34,853 nucleotides of DNA, taken from the IMG/VR virus record IMGVR_UViG_3300021184_000001, positions 1 through 34,853 of that record. The stretch is one strand, 5' to 3'. Below the pieces are notes generated by a model. That model was not told where the DNA came from, did no database searches, and worked only from the letters and a program-made list of their open reading frames with translations. Made by a program: the position numbers and the translations under genes. The first letter of the stretch is position 1, and the number at the start of each line of letters is the position of its first letter. The DNA is from a virus. Below, piece after piece: positions 34,495 through 34,853 of this stretch.

Positions 34495-34853
34495 ATGCAG
34501 CGCACCTCCGCCCTGCTCTACGCAGGCCAGATCGCTACCGCCCCCCTTCTGCTCCAGCGCAGGGACCCCGACCGCGCCTTCGAGCGCATGTACACCACGA
34601 TGCGCCGGGAGATGGACGGCTTCGCGTTCCTGGAGGAGCCGGTGGCCGAGGGCTACCGGCGCCGCCTGCGGGCCTACGCCGATACCGACGGCTTGTCGGG
34701 CTTGGGCTGGCGCATCGCGTTGGAGACGACCGCGCACCGGATGGGCAACCGCAAGCGTGTGGCCAAGCTCCACGCCGCTCATCCCGATCTCGTCGACGTG
34801 CCCGTTCATGACCCGATCATCGTCGTGGGGCTGCCGCGCACGGGGACGACGCT
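34495..34853 (+). CDS. sulfotransferase family protein (Sulfotransfer_3-like), 3'-truncated by window edge
   Basis: AAGGAG RBS. My translation ends NRKRVAKLHAAHPDLVDVPVHDPIIVVGLPRTGTT, the PAPS 5'-PSB motif. Not in the ORF track. Confidence 0.88.
   Translation, partial: MQRTSALLYAGQIATAPLLLQRRDPDRAFERMYTTMRREMDGFAFLEEPVAEGYRRRLRAYADTDGLSGLGWRIALETTAHRMGNRKRVAKLHAAHPDLVDVPVHDPIIVVGLPRTGTT

Overview
High-GC actinobacterial DNA that looks like part of a large extrachromosomal or integrated mobile element (mega-plasmid or large prophage-like replicon). No housekeeping operon, integrase, transposase, virion gene or CRISPR array is visible. About 28 kb (1-27963) is one densely packed, mostly translationally coupled + strand array of small hypothetical genes. 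Recognisable genes within it include a tandem-HTH excisionase-like protein, HU, an HNH-like nuclease, an RlaP/Pol-beta nucleotidyltransferase, a Fet4-like small permease, a RecD2-like helicase, a TM2 protein, six tRNAs (Val-CAC, Leu-CAA, Arg-CCG, Gly-TCC, Thr-CGT, Pro-TGG) and a UvrD-like helicase. The right end carries a GH26-like hydrolase, an XRE-HTH/TPR regulator, a replication-initiator-like gene with internal iteron-like repeats, and the start of a sulfotransferase. The best candidate for an undescribed system is a stripped-down conservon: Roadblock + DUF742 + GAF, with no sensor kinase and no GTPase (13518-14934). Other notable items are a hairpin-rich ORF-poor region ahead of the tRNA array, an internally deleted HNH gene next to an 18-bp direct repeat, and recurrent Zn-binding micro-domain families. 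All family calls come from motif recognition by eye, and no searches were run.
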